Source: Eledone cirrhosa (Eukaryota). Taken from it: DNA of 64,000 bases. A program made the translations under genes and the position numbers. Positions 48,801 to 62,624 of the stretch are shown here, in pieces (within the stretch, counting starts at the first letter, position 1; every line of letters starts with the position of its first letter). The DNA lies in assembly GCA_964016885.1 (NCBI GenBank), contig OZ024742.1, forward strand, positions 327,856,001 through 327,920,000, in the 5' to 3' direction. The notes beneath the pieces were generated by a model that saw only the letters and a list, made by a program, of their open reading frames with translations, was not told the DNA's origin and searched no databases.

Positions 48801-51800
48801 AATCACAACCACCACAAATACCATCACCTTCAACACCACCAACAAAACCAACAACACCAAAATCACAACCACCACAAATACCATCACCTTCAACACCACC
48901 AACAACACCAACAACACCACCATCACATCCACCACAAATACCATCACCTTCAACACCACCAACAACACCAACAACACCAAAATCACAACCACCACAAATA
49001 CCATCACCTTCAACACCACCAACAAAACCAACAACACCAAAATCACAACCACCACAAATACCATCACCTTCAACACCACCAACAACACCAACAGCACCAA
49101 AATCACAACCACCACAAATACCATCACCTTCAACACCACCAACAACACCAACAGCACCACCATCACAACCACCACAAATACCATCACCTTCAACACCACC
49201 AACAACACCAACAGCACCAAAATCACAACCACCACAAATACCATCACCTTCAACACCACCAACAACACCAACAGCACCACCATCACAACCACCACAAATA
49301 CCATCACCTTCAACACCACCAACAACACCAACAGCACCAAAATCACAACCACCACAAATACCATCACCTTCAACACCACCAACAACACCAACAACACCAA
49401 AATCACATCCACCACAAATACCATCACCTTCAACACCACCAACAAAACCAACAACACCAAAATCACAACCACCACAAATACCATCACCTTCAACATCACC
49501 AACAACACCAACAGCACCAAAATCACAACCACCACAAATACCATCACCTTCAACACCACCAACAACACCAACAGCACCACCATCACAACCACCACAAATA
49601 CCATCACCTTCAACACCACCAACAACACCAACAACACCACTATCACAACCACCACAAATACCATCACCTTCAACAGCACCAACACCACCAACAACACCAC
49701 CATCACAACCACCACAAATACCATCACCTTCAACACCACCAACAACACCAACAACACCACCATCACAACCACCACAAATACCATCACCTTCAACACCACC
49801 AACAACACCAACAACACCACCATCACAACCACCACAAATACCATCACCTTCAACACCACCAACAACAGCAACAACACCACCATCACAACCACCACAAATA
49901 CCATCACCTTCATCACCACCAACAACACCAACAACACCACCATCACAACCACCACAAATACCATCACCTTCAACAGCACCAACACCACCAACAACACCAC
50001 CATCACAACCACCACAAATACCATCACCTTCAACAGCACCAACACCACCAACAACACCACCATCACAACCACCACAAATACCATCACCTTCAACACCATC
50101 AACAACACCAGCAACACCACCATCACATCCACCACAAATACCATCACCTTCAACACCACCAACAACACCAACAGCACCAAAATCACAACCACCACAAATA
50201 CCATCACCTTCAACACCACCAACAACACCAACAACACCACCATCACAACCACCACAAATACCATCACCTTCAACACCATCAACAACACCAGCAACACCAC
50301 CATCACAACCACCACAAATACTATCACCACCAACACCACCAACAACACCAACATCACCACCATCACAACCACCACAAATACCATCACCTTCAACACCACC
50401 AACAACACCAACAGCACCAAAATCACAACCACCACAAATACCATCACCTTCATCACCACCAACAACACCAACATCACCACCATCACAACCACCACAAATA
50501 CTATCACCTTCAACACCACCAACAACACCAACATCACCACCATCACAACCACCACAAATACCATCACCTTCATCACCACCAACAACACCAGCAACACCAC
50601 CATCACAACCACCACAAATACCATCACCTTCAACACCACCAGCAACACCACCATCACAACCACCACAAATACCATCACCTTCAACACCACCAACAAAACC
50701 AACAACACCACCATCACAACCACCACAAATACCATCACCTTCATCACAAACAACAACACCAACATCACCACCATCACAACCACCACAAATACCATCGCCT
50801 TCAACACCACCAACAACACCAACAACACCACCATCACAACCACCACAAATACCATCACCTTCATCACAAACAACAACACCAACAACACCACCATCACAAC
50901 CACCACAAATACCATCACCTTCAACACCACCAACAACACCAACAGCACAACCATCACAACTACCACAAATACCATCACCTTCAACACAACCAACAACACC
51001 ACCATCACAACCACCACAAATACGATCACCATCTTCATCACCACCAACAACAGCAACACCACCACCATCACAACCACCACAAATACTATCACCTTCAACA
51101 CCACCAACAACACCAACAACACCACCATCACAACCACCACAAATACCATCACCTTCATCACCACCAACAACACCGCCATCACAACCACCACAAATACCAT
51201 CACCTTCAACACCACCAACAACACCACCATCACAACCACCACAAATACCGTCACCTTCAACACCACCAGCAACACCAACAACACCACCATCACAACCACC
51301 ACAAATACCATCACCTTCAACACCACCAACAACACCGCCATCACAACCACCACAAATACCATCACCTTCAACACCACCAACAACACCACCTTCACAACCA
51401 CCACAAATACCGTCACCTTCAACACCACCAGCAACACCAACAACACCACCATCACAACCACCACAAATACCATCACCTTCAACACCACCAACAACACCAG
51501 CAACACCACCATCACAACCACCACAAATACCATCACATTCAACACCACCAACAACATCAACAACACCACCATCACAACAACCACAAATACCATCACCTTC
51601 AACACCACCAACAACAACACCACCATCACATCCACCACAAATACCATCAACATCATCACCACCAACAACACCAATAACACCACCATCACAACAACCACAA
51701 ATAACATCAACATCATCACCACCAGCAACACCAGCAACGCCACCATCACAACCACCACAAATACCATCACCTTCATCACCGCCAACAACACCAACAACAC

Positions 51801-54800
51801 CACCATCACAACCACCACAAATACCATCACCTTCATCACCACCAACAACACCAACAACACCACCATCACAACCACCACAAATACCATCACCTTCATCACC
51901 ACCAACACCAACAACACCACCATCACAACCACCACAAATACCATCACCTTCATCACAACCAACATCACCAGCAACACCACCATCACAACCACACCACAAA
52001 TACCATCACCTTCATCACCACCAACAACACCAACAACACCACCATCATAACCACCACAAATATCATCAACATCATCACCACCAACAACACCACCATCACA
52101 ACCCCCGCAAATACCATCACCTTCATCACCACCAACAACACCAACAACACCACCATCACAACCACCACAAATACCATCACCTTCATCACAACCAACATCA
52201 CCAGCAACACCACCATCACAACGACACCACAAATACCATCACCTTCATCACCACCAACAACACCAACAACACCACCATCACAACTACCACAAATACCATC
52301 ACCTTCATCACCACCACCAACAACAACAACAACACCACCATCAAAACCACCACAAATACCATCACCTTCAACACAACCAACATCACCAGCAACACCACTA
52401 TCACAACCACACCACAAATACCATCACCTTCATCACAACCAACAACACCGACAACACCACCGTCACAACCACACCACAAATACCATCACCTTCATCACCA
52501 CCAACAACACCAACAACACCACCATCACAACCACCACAAATACCATCACCTTCATCACCACCACCAACAACACCAACAACACCACCATCACAACCACCAC
52601 AAATACCATCACCTTCATCACAACCAACAACACCGACAACACCACCATCACAACCACCACAAATACCATCACCTTCATCACCACCAACAACACCAACAAC
52701 ATCACCATCACAACCACCACAAATACCATCACCTTCATCACAACCAACAACACCAACAACACCACCATCACAACCATACCACAAATACCATCACCTTCAA
52801 CACCACCAACAACACCAACAACACCACCATCACAACCATCACAAATACCATCACCTTCATCACAACCAACATCACCAGCAACACCACCATCACAACAACC
52901 ACAAATACCATCACCTTCATCACAACCAACAACACCGACAACACCACCGTCACAACCACACCACAAATACCATCACCTTCATCACAACCAACAACACCAA
53001 CATCACCACCATCACAACCACACCACAAATACCATCACCTTCATCACCACCAACAACACCAACAACACCAGCATCACAACCACCACAAATACCATCACCT
53101 TCATCACCACCAACAACACCAACAACACCACCATCACAACCACCACAAATACCATCACCTTCATCACCACCAACAACACCAACAACGCCACCATCACATC
53201 CACCACAAATACCATCACCTTCATCACCACCAACAACACCAACAACACCACCATCACAACCACCACAAATACCATCACCTTCATCACAACCAACATCACC
53301 AGCAACACCACCATCACAACCACACCACAAATACCATCACCTTCATCACCACCAACAACACCAACAACACCACCATCATAACCACCACAAATATCATCAA
53401 CATCATCACCACCAACAACACCACCATCACAACCCCCGCAAATACCATCACCTTCATCACCACCAACAACACCAACAACACCACCATCACAACCACCACA
53501 AATACCATCACCTTCATCACAACCAACATCACCAGCAACACCACCATCACAACGACACCACAAATACCATCACCTTCATCACCACCAACAACACCAACAA
53601 CACCACCATCACAACTACCACAAATACCATCACCTTCATCACCACCACCAACAACACCAACAACACCACCATCACAACCACCACAAATACCATCACCTTC
53701 ATCACCACCGCCAACAACACAAACAACACCACCATCAAAACCACCACAAATACCATCACCTTCATCACAACCAACAACACCGACAACACCACCGTCACAA
53801 CCACACCACAAATACCATCACCTTCATCACCACCAACAACACCAACAACACCACCATCACAACCACCACAAATACCATCACCTTCATCACCACCACCAAC
53901 AACACCAACAACACCACCATCACAACCACCACAAATACCATCACCTTCATCACAACCAACAACACCGACAACACCACCATCACAACCACCACAAATACCA
54001 TCACCTTCATCACCACCAACAACACCAACAACATCACCATCACAACCACCACAAATACCATCACCTTCATCACAACCAACAACACCAACAACACCACCAT
54101 CACAACCATACCACAAATACCATCACCTTCAACACCACCAACAACACCAACAACACCACCATCACAACCATCACAAATACCATCACCTTCATCACAACCA
54201 ACATCACCAGCAACACCACCATCACAACAACCACAAATACCATCACCTTCATCACAACCAACAACACCGACAACACCACCGTCACAACCACACCACAAAT
54301 ACCATCACCTTCATCACAACCAACAACACCAACATCACCACCATCACAACCACACCACAAATACCATCACCTTCATCACCACCAACAACACCAACAACAC
54401 CACCATCACAACCACCACAAATACCATCACCTTCATCACCACCAACAACACCAACAACACCACCATCACAACCACCACAAATACCATCACCTTCATCACC
54501 ACCAACAACACCAACAACACCACCATCACATCCACCACAAATACCATCACCTTCATCACCACCAACAACACCAACAACACCACCATCACAACCACCACAA
54601 ATACCATCACCTTCATCACAACCAACAACACCAACAACACCACCATCACAACCACCACAAATACCATCACCTTCATCACCACCAACAACACCAACAACAC
54701 CACCATCACAACCAATACAAATATCATCACCTTCAACACCACCAACAACACCAACAACACCACCATCACAACCACCACAAATACCATCACCTTCATCACC

Positions 54801-55470
54801 ACCAACAACACCAACAACACCACCATCACAACCACCACAAATACCATCACCTTCATCACCACCAACAACACCAACAACACCACCATCACAACCAATACAA
54901 ATACCATCACCTTCATCACAACCAACAACACCAACAACACGACCATCACAACCACACCACAAATACCATCACCTTCATCACCACCAACAACACCAACAAC
55001 ACCACCATCACAACCAATACAAATACCATCACCTTCATCCCAACCAACAACACCAACAACACGACCATCACAACCACACCACAAATACGATCACCTTCAT
55101 CACCACCAACAACACCAACAACACCACCATCACAACCACACCACAAATACGATCACCTTCATCACAACCAACAACACCGAGAACACCACCATCACAACCA
55201 CACCACAAATACCATCACCTTCATCACAACCAACAACACTAACAACACCACCATCACAACCACCACAAATACCATCACCTTCATCACCACCAACAACACC
55301 AAAAACACCACCATCACAACCACCACAAATACCATCACCTTCAACACCACCAACAACACCAACAACACCACCATCACAACCACCACAAACACCATCACCT
55401 GCAACACCACCAGCATCACTGGAACCATCTCCGTCACAACTAACACAATTAATATCAACACCTCTGATAT
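6140..55470. repeat. Giant 60-bp tandem array (~49 kb, roughly 800-900 units) with higher-order structure
   Basis: Consensus CACCATCACAACCACCACAAATACCATCACCTTCA(A/T)CACCACCAACAACACCAACAACAC. Unit-length variants differ mostly by multiples of 3 (39, 48, 51, 57, 63 bp). Edge units are diverged. Confidence 0.97.
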
Positions 55471-55473
55471 TAC

Positions 55474-55537
55474 CATTTAGGGATTTAATAAAAATTAGTA
55501 GAATGTAGCATTAACTTTCACATAGATAACTGCACCT
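55474..55537. repeat. Array-boundary linker copy L2
   Basis: CATTTAGGGATTTAATAAAAATTAGTAGAATGTAGCATTAACTTTCACATAGATAACTGCACCT. It contains an acceptor-like TTAAC-TTTCACATAG ending at 55525. Confidence 0.85.
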
Positions 55538-58500
55538 CCATCACCATCACCACCCACAGCACTACCACCTACACGACTACCACCACCAGTACTACTACCA
55601 TCACCACCTACACCACTACCATCACCACCTGCAGCACTACCATCACCACCTACACCACTACCATCACCACCTACACGACTACCACCACCAGCACTACTAC
55701 CATCACCACCTACACCACTACCATCACCACCTGCAGCACTACCATCACCACCTACACCACTACCATCACCACCTACACCACTACCATCACCACCTACACC
55801 ACTACCATCACCACCTGCAGCACTACCATCACCACCTACACCACTACCATCACCACCTACACCACTACCATCACCACCTGCAGCACTACCATCACCACCT
55901 ACACCACTACCATCACCACCTACACCACTACCAGCACTACTACCATCATCACCTACACCACTACCACCACCACCAGCACTACTACCATCACCACCTACAC
56001 CACTACCATCACCACCTGCAGCACTACCATCACCACCTACACCACTACCATCACCACCTACACCACTACCACCACCAGCACTACTACCATCATCACCTAC
56101 ACCACTACCACCACCACCACCACCACCAGCACTACTACCATCACCACCTACACCACTACCATCACCACCTGCAGCACTACCATCACCACCTACACCACTA
56201 CCATCACCACCTACACCACTACCATCACCACCTGCAGCATTACCATCACCACCTACACCACTACCACCACCACCAGCACTACTACCATCACCACCTACAC
56301 CACTACCATCACCACCTACACTACTACCATCACCACCTACACCACTACCATCACCACCTACACTACTACCATCACCACCTACACCACTACCATCACCACC
56401 TACACCACTACCATCACCACCTACACCATTACCATCACCACCTACAACACTACCATCACCACCTACACTACTACAATCACTACCTACACCACTACCATCA
56501 CCACCTACAACCCCTACACCACTACCATCACCACCTACAACACTACCATCATCACCTACACCACTACCATCACCACCTACAACACTACCATCACCACCTA
56601 CACCACTACCATCACCACGTACAGCACTACCATCACCACCTACAGCACTACCATCATCACCTACACTACTACCATCACTACCTACACCACTAACATCACC
56701 ACCTACACCACTACCATCACCACCTGCACCACTATCATCACCACCTGCACCACTACCCTCACCACCTGCACCACTATCATCACCACCTGCACCACTACCC
56801 TCACCACCTGCACCACTATCATCACCACCTGCACCACTACCCTCACCACCTACACCACTACCATCACCACCTGCACCACTATCATCACCACCTGCACCAC
56901 TACCCTCACCACCTACACCATTACCATCACCACCTACACCACTACCATCACCACCTACAACACTACCATCACCACCTACAACACTACCATCACCACCTGC
57001 ACCACTACCATCACCACCTGCACCACTACCATCACCACCTACAACACTACCATCACCACCTACACCACTACCATCACCACCTGCACCACTATCATCAACA
57101 CCTGCACCACTACCCTCACCACCTACACCACTACCATCACCACCTGCACCACTACCATCACCACCTACACCACTACCATCACCACCTACACCACTACCCT
57201 CACCACCTACACCATTACCATCACCACCTATACCACTACCATCACCACCTGCACCACTACCATCACCACCTACAACACTACCATCACCACCTACACCACT
57301 ACCATCACCACCTGCACCACTACCATCACCATCTGCACCACTACCATCACCACCTACACCACTACCATCACCACCTACACCAATACCATCACCACCTGCA
57401 CCACTACCATCACCACCTACACCACTACCATCACCACCTACAACACTACCATCACCACCTACAACACTACCATCATCACCTACACCACTACCATCACCAC
57501 CTACACCACTACCATCACCACCTACACCACTACCATCACCACCTGCACCACTACCATCACCACCTACACCACTACTATCACCACCTACACCACTACTATC
57601 ACCTCCTGCACCACTACCATCACCACCTACACCACTACCATCACCACCTACACCACTACCATCACCACCTACAGCACTACCATCACCACCTACACCACTA
57701 CCATCACCACCTACACCACTACTATCACCACCTACACCACTACCATCACCACCTACACGACTACCACCACCAGTACTACTACCATCATCACCTACACCAC
57801 TACCATCACCACCTGCAGCACTACCATCACCACCTACACCACTACCATCACCACCTACACCACTACCATCACCACCTGCAGCACTACCATCACCACCTAC
57901 ACCACTACCATCACCACCTACACCACTACCACCACCAGCACTACTACCATCATCACCTACACCACTACCATCACCACCTACAACACTACCATCACCACCT
58001 ACACCACTACCACCACCACCAGCACTACTACCATCACCACCTACACCACTACCATCACCACCTGCAGCACTACCATCACCACCTACACCACTACCATCAC
58101 CACCTACACCACTACCACCACCAGCACTACTACCATCATCACCTACACCACTACCACCACCACCAGCACTACTACCATCACCACCTACACCACTACCATC
58201 ACCACCTGCAGCACTACCATCACCACCTACACCACTACCATCACCACCTACACCACTACCATCACCACCTGCAGCATTACCATCACCACCTACACCACTA
58301 CCACCACCACCAGCACTACTACCATCACCACCTACACCACTACCATCACCACCTACACTACTACCATCACCACCTACACCACTACCATCACCACCTACAC
58401 TACTACCATCACCACCTACAACACTACCATCACCACCTACACCACTACCATCACCACCTACACCACTACCATCACCACCTACACCACTACCATCACCACC

Positions 58501-61500
58501 TACACCACTACCATCACCACCTACAACACTACCATCACCACCTACACTACTACCATCACTACCTACACCACTACCATCACCACCTACAACCCCTACACCA
58601 CTACCATCACCACCTACAACACTACCATCATCACCTACACCACTACCATCACCACGTACAGCACTACCATCATCACCTACACCACTACCATCACCACGTA
58701 CAGCACTACCATCACCACCTACAGCACTACCATCATCACCTACACTACTACCATCACCACCTACAACACTACCATCAACACCTACACCACTACCATCACC
58801 ACCTGCACCACTATCATCACCACCTGCACCACTACCCTCACCACCTACACCACTACCATCACCACCTGCACCACTACCATCACCACCTACACCACTACCA
58901 TCACCACCTACACCACTACCCTCACCACCTACACCATTACCATCACCACCTATACCACTACCATCACCACCTGCACCACTACCATCACCACCTACAACAC
59001 TACCATCACCACCTACACCACTACCATCACCACCTGCACCACTACCATCACCACCTGCACCACTACCATCACCACCTACACCACTACCATCACCACCTAC
59101 ACCAATACCATCACTACCTGCACCACTACCATCACCACCTACACCACTACCATCACCACCTGCAGCACTACCATCATCACCTACACTACTACCATCATCA
59201 CCTACACCACTACCATCACCACCTACACCACTACCATCACCACCTACACCACTACCATCACCACCTGCACCACTACCATCACCACCTACACCACTACTAT
59301 CACCACCTACACCACTACTATCACCTCCTGCACCACTACCATCTCCACCTACACCACTACCATCACCACCTACACCACTACCATCACCACCTACAGCACT
59401 ACCATCACCACCTACACCACTACCATCACCACCTACACCACTACTATCACCACCTACACCACTACCATCACCACCTACACGACTACCACCACCATTACTA
59501 CTACCATCATCACCTACACCACTACCACCACCACCAGCACTACTACCACCACCACCAGCACCACTACCATCACCACCTGCAGCACTACCATCATCACCTA
59601 CACTACTACCATCATCACCTACACCACTACCATCACCACCTACACCACTACCATCACCACCTACACCACTACCATCACCACCTACACCACTACCATCACC
59701 ACCTACACCACTACCATCACCACCTACACCACTACCATCTCCACCTGCACCACTACCATCACCACCTACACCACTACCACCACCACCAGCACTACTACCA
59801 TCACCACCTACACCACTACCATCACCACCTACACCACTACCCTCACCACCTACACCATTACCATCACCACCTATACCACTACCATCACCACCTGCACCAC
59901 TACCATCACCACCTACAACACTACCATCACCACCTTTACCACTACCATCACCACCTACACCACTACCATCTCCACCTGCAGCATTACCATCACCACCTAC
60001 ACCACTACCACCACCACCAGCACTACTACCATCACCACCTACACCACTACCATCACCACCTACAACACTACCATCACCACCTACACCACTACCATCACCA
60101 CCTACACCACTACTATCACCACCTACACCACTACCATCACCACGTACACCACTACCATCATCACCTACACCACTACCATCACCACCTACACCACTACCAT
60201 CACCACCTACACCACTACTATCACCACCTACACCACTACCATCACCACCTACAACACTACCATCACCACCTACACCACTACCATCACCACCTACACCACT
60301 ACTATCACCACCTACACCACTACCATCACCACCTACAGCACTACCATCACCACCTACACCACTACCATCACCACCTACACCACTACCATCACCACCTACA
60401 CAACTACCATCACCACCTACACCACTACCATCACCACCTACACCACTACCATCACCACCTACACCACTACCATCACCATCTACACCACTACCACCACCAC
60501 CAGCACTACTACCATCACCACCTACACCACTACCATCACCACCTACACCACTACCATCACCACCTACAACACTACCATCACCACCTACACCACTACCACC
60601 ACCACCAGCACTACTACCATCACCACCTACACCACTACCATCACCACGTACAGCACTACCATCATCACCTACACTACTACCATCACTACCTACACCACTA
60701 CCATCACCACCTACACCACTACCATCACCACCTACAGCACTACCATCACCACCTACACTACTACCATCACTACCTACACCACTACCATCACCACCTACAC
60801 CACTACCATCACCACCTACAGCACTACCATCACCACCTACACCACTACCATCACCACGTACAGCACTACCATCATCACCTACACTACTACCATCACTACC
60901 TACACCACTACCATCACCACCTGCACCACTACCATCACCACCTACAGCACTACCATCACCACCTACACCACTACCATCACCACCTACATCACTACCATCA
61001 CCACCTACACCACTACCATCACCACCTACACCACTACCATCACCACCTGCACCACTACCATCACCACCTACACCACTACCATCACCACCTACACCACTAC
61101 CATCACCACCTACACCACTACCATCACCACCTACACCACTACCATCACCACCTGCACCACTACCATCACCACCTACACAACTACCATCACCACCTACACC
61201 ACTACCATCACCACCTACACCACTACCATCACCACCTACAACACTACCATCACCACCTACACCACTACCACCAGCACCGCTACCATCACCACCTGCACCA
61301 CTATCATCACCACCTACACCACTACCATCACCACCAGCACGACTACCATTATCACCTACACCACTACCACCAACACCACCACCTCTACCATCACCAGCTG
61401 CACCACTACATCCCCTCCTGCACCACAACCATCACCACCTGCACCACTACCATCACCACCAGCACCACTTTCATCACCACCTACACCACTACCATCACCA

Positions 61501-62023
61501 CCTGCACCACTACCATCACCACCTCCAACCCCATCACCACTACCATCACCCTCAGCACCACTACCGTCACAACCTACACCACTACCACCACCAACAACAA
61601 CAACACCAGCACCGCTACCATCACCAGCTGCACCACTACATCACCACCTACACCACTACCATCACCACCTGCACCACTACCATCACCACCTCCAACACCA
61701 TCACCTCTACCATCACCCCCTACACCACTACCATCACCACTACCATCACCACCTACACCACTACCAACACCTCCTCCAACCCCATCACCACTACATCACC
61801 ACCTACACCACTACCATCACCACCTGCACCACTACCATCACCACCTCCAACACCATCACCTCTACCATCACCACCTGCACCACTACCATCACCACCTCCA
61901 ACCCCATCACCTCTACCATCACCACCTGCACCACTACCATCACCACTGTTTAGAGAATTAATAGATGGCATCGATGCTCATGAAATTAAGATGAAAGTAA
62001 CGGAGCATTCTAGAGAAACGTAA
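55526..62023 (+). CDS. Possible extensin/mucin-like Pro-rich exon (PLPSPPT repeats, ~2160 codons)
   Basis: After the putative acceptor CATAG|, the frame [15 protein letters not shown]... is stop-free to TAA at 62021-62023. Three -1 indels (~61410, 61640, 61795) restore the frame before ...PSPLFRELI. The last ~20 codons derive from the SINE. The antisense Gly-rich ORF 55495-61428 is an equally open alternative. Confidence 0.3.
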   Translation: MTAPPSPSPPTALPPTRLPPPVLLPSPPTPLPSPPAALPSPPTPLPSPPTRLPPPALLPSPPTPLPSPPAALPSPPTPLPSPPTPLPSPPTPLPSPPAALPSPPTPLPSPPTPLPSPPAALPSPPTPLPSPPTPLPALLPSSPTPLPPPPALLPSPPTPLPSPPAALPSPPTPLPSPPTPLPPPALLPSSPTPLPPPPPPPALLPSPPTPLPSPPAALPSPPTPLPSPPTPLPSPPAALPSPPTPLPPPPALLPSPPTPLPSPPTLLPSPPTPLPSPPTLLPSPPTPLPSPPTPLPSPPTPLPSPPTTLPSPPTLLQSLPTPLPSPPTTPTPLPSPPTTLPSSPTPLPSPPTTLPSPPTPLPSPRTALPSPPTALPSSPTLLPSLPTPLTSPPTPLPSPPAPLSSPPAPLPSPPAPLSSPPAPLPSPPAPLSSPPAPLPSPPTPLPSPPAPLSSPPAPLPSPPTPLPSPPTPLPSPPTTLPSPPTTLPSPPAPLPSPPAPLPSPPTTLPSPPTPLPSPPAPLSSTPAPLPSPPTPLPSPPAPLPSPPTPLPSPPTPLPSPPTPLPSPPIPLPSPPAPLPSPPTTLPSPPTPLPSPPAPLPSPSAPLPSPPTPLPSPPTPIPSPPAPLPSPPTPLPSPPTTLPSPPTTLPSSPTPLPSPPTPLPSPPTPLPSPPAPLPSPPTPLLSPPTPLLSPPAPLPSPPTPLPSPPTPLPSPPTALPSPPTPLPSPPTPLLSPPTPLPSPPTRLPPPVLLPSSPTPLPSPPAALPSPPTPLPSPPTPLPSPPAALPSPPTPLPSPPTPLPPPALLPSSPTPLPSPPTTLPSPPTPLPPPPALLPSPPTPLPSPPAALPSPPTPLPSPPTPLPPPALLPSSPTPLPPPPALLPSPPTPLPSPPAALPSPPTPLPSPPTPLPSPPAALPSPPTPLPPPPALLPSPPTPLPSPPTLLPSPPTPLPSPPTLLPSPPTTLPSPPTPLPSPPTPLPSPPTPLPSPPTPLPSPPTTLPSPPTLLPSLPTPLPSPPTTPTPLPSPPTTLPSSPTPLPSPRTALPSSPTPLPSPRTALPSPPTALPSSPTLLPSPPTTLPSTPTPLPSPPAPLSSPPAPLPSPPTPLPSPPAPLPSPPTPLPSPPTPLPSPPTPLPSPPIPLPSPPAPLPSPPTTLPSPPTPLPSPPAPLPSPPAPLPSPPTPLPSPPTPIPSLPAPLPSPPTPLPSPPAALPSSPTLLPSSPTPLPSPPTPLPSPPTPLPSPPAPLPSPPTPLLSPPTPLLSPPAPLPSPPTPLPSPPTPLPSPPTALPSPPTPLPSPPTPLLSPPTPLPSPPTRLPPPLLLPSSPTPLPPPPALLPPPPAPLPSPPAALPSSPTLLPSSPTPLPSPPTPLPSPPTPLPSPPTPLPSPPTPLPSPPTPLPSPPAPLPSPPTPLPPPPALLPSPPTPLPSPPTPLPSPPTPLPSPPIPLPSPPAPLPSPPTTLPSPPLPLPSPPTPLPSPPAALPSPPTPLPPPPALLPSPPTPLPSPPTTLPSPPTPLPSPPTPLLSPPTPLPSPRTPLPSSPTPLPSPPTPLPSPPTPLLSPPTPLPSPPTTLPSPPTPLPSPPTPLLSPPTPLPSPPTALPSPPTPLPSPPTPLPSPPTQLPSPPTPLPSPPTPLPSPPTPLPSPSTPLPPPPALLPSPPTPLPSPPTPLPSPPTTLPSPPTPLPPPPALLPSPPTPLPSPRTALPSSPTLLPSLPTPLPSPPTPLPSPPTALPSPPTLLPSLPTPLPSPPTPLPSPPTALPSPPTPLPSPRTALPSSPTLLPSLPTPLPSPPAPLPSPPTALPSPPTPLPSPPTSLPSPPTPLPSPPTPLPSPPAPLPSPPTPLPSPPTPLPSPPTPLPSPPTPLPSPPAPLPSPPTQLPSPPTPLPSPPTPLPSPPTTLPSPPTPLPPAPLPSPPAPLSSPPTPLPSPPARLPLSPTPLPPTPPPLPSPAAPLHPLLHHNHHHLHHYHHHQHHFHHHLHHYHHHLHHYHHHLQPHHHYHHPQHHYRHNLHHYHHQQQQHQHRYHHQLHHYITTYTTTITTCTTTITTSNTITSTITPYTTTITTTITTYTTTNTSSNPITTTSPPTPLPSPPAPLPSPPPTPSPLPSPPAPLPSPPPTPSPLPSPPAPLPSPLFRELIDGIDAHEIKMKVTEHSRET
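55538..61947. repeat. 21-bp tandem array (~6.4 kb, ~300 units)
   Basis: Consensus ACCACTACCATCACCACCTAC. Internal block duplications are marked by rare variants 2079 bp (56511/58590) and 1722 bp (57380/59102) apart. Confidence 0.97.
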
Positions 62024-62226
62024 ACCCTTAACGTGACAATGCTAGCCCGTTGAATTACAAATACAGTCCATCCGACGGACTTCCAAATATCTTCCGACAA
62101 CCCAGGTTAACTGAGAAGGTAGGGGTCGACTCGAAGCTACCGTAAATAACATTTACTCAACATAGGAGGCAGTTGAATCGAACCCGAAACCGAATGACTT
62201 AAACCATTCATTCATGCTGTATCTAC
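61963..62226 (-). mobile_element. Degenerate tRNA-derived SINE with 12-bp target-site duplication
   Basis: Flanked by the direct repeat TAGAGAATTAAT (61951-61962 and 62227-62238). A B-box-like GGGTTCGATTC lies on the minus strand at ~62174-62185. Confidence 0.6.
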
Positions 62227-62244
62227 TAGAGAATTAATGTAAAA

Positions 62245-62587
62245 CTAGCAGATTTACCCGGCGTTGCCCGGGGTTTGAAATTCAACAAAGTGTAAACAAG
62301 AAACAAACGATAATATTAGTGATTTATCGTCAAATTAATCTGATGTTTATATTTCTGTCAATAAAATTGGTTATCTCCCTTACATCAATTTTGTTACCGA
62401 TAATTTTGATATCGATTTTTTGTTGCTCAACGTGGGTCTATTTGAACATTTTTGTGATGTGACCATCTTAGCGACCTGTGCAACGTGCACAAAATTTGAT
62501 CAAATTCGGTTGGTAATTGTAAAAGCCTTAGGTATCCAAAGTTGTACACAGACACACACACATCCTCGCTTTTATATATATAGAAGA
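62245..62587 (-). mobile_element. Non-autonomous Helitron
   Basis: The minus strand begins TCTTCTATATATA..., carries a (TG)n tract, and ends with the hairpin CCCGG-GCAACG-CCGGG followed by CTAG (62245-62248). Confidence 0.7.
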
Positions 62588-62624
62588 CTAGCAGAAAACC
62601 ACCCGGTGGGCGGTTTTCTGCTAG
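62588..62624. repeat. CTAG-bounded palindrome
   Basis: CTAGCAGAAAACCACCC-GGT-GGGCGGTTTTCTGCTAG, with 17-bp arms and 1 mismatch. Confidence 0.85.

Noticed and set aside
6139-55476. Very long Val/Leu/Met antisense ORFs (up to 4210 aa) as membrane proteins
   Set aside because: They are pure repeat translations with implausible composition and no domains, and they are broken by duplicated frameshifts.
6129-55508. One continuous ~16,000-aa mucin exon
   Set aside because: There are many -1/+2 indels and recurrent in-frame stops (e.g. ATAACATAA at 21794, CCATCATAA at 33451) that are themselves duplicated. The matching frame at both ends may be chance.
6140-61947. CRISPR or telomeric array
   Set aside because: There are no unique spacers, no cas genes and no TTAGGG-type repeat, and the context is eukaryotic.
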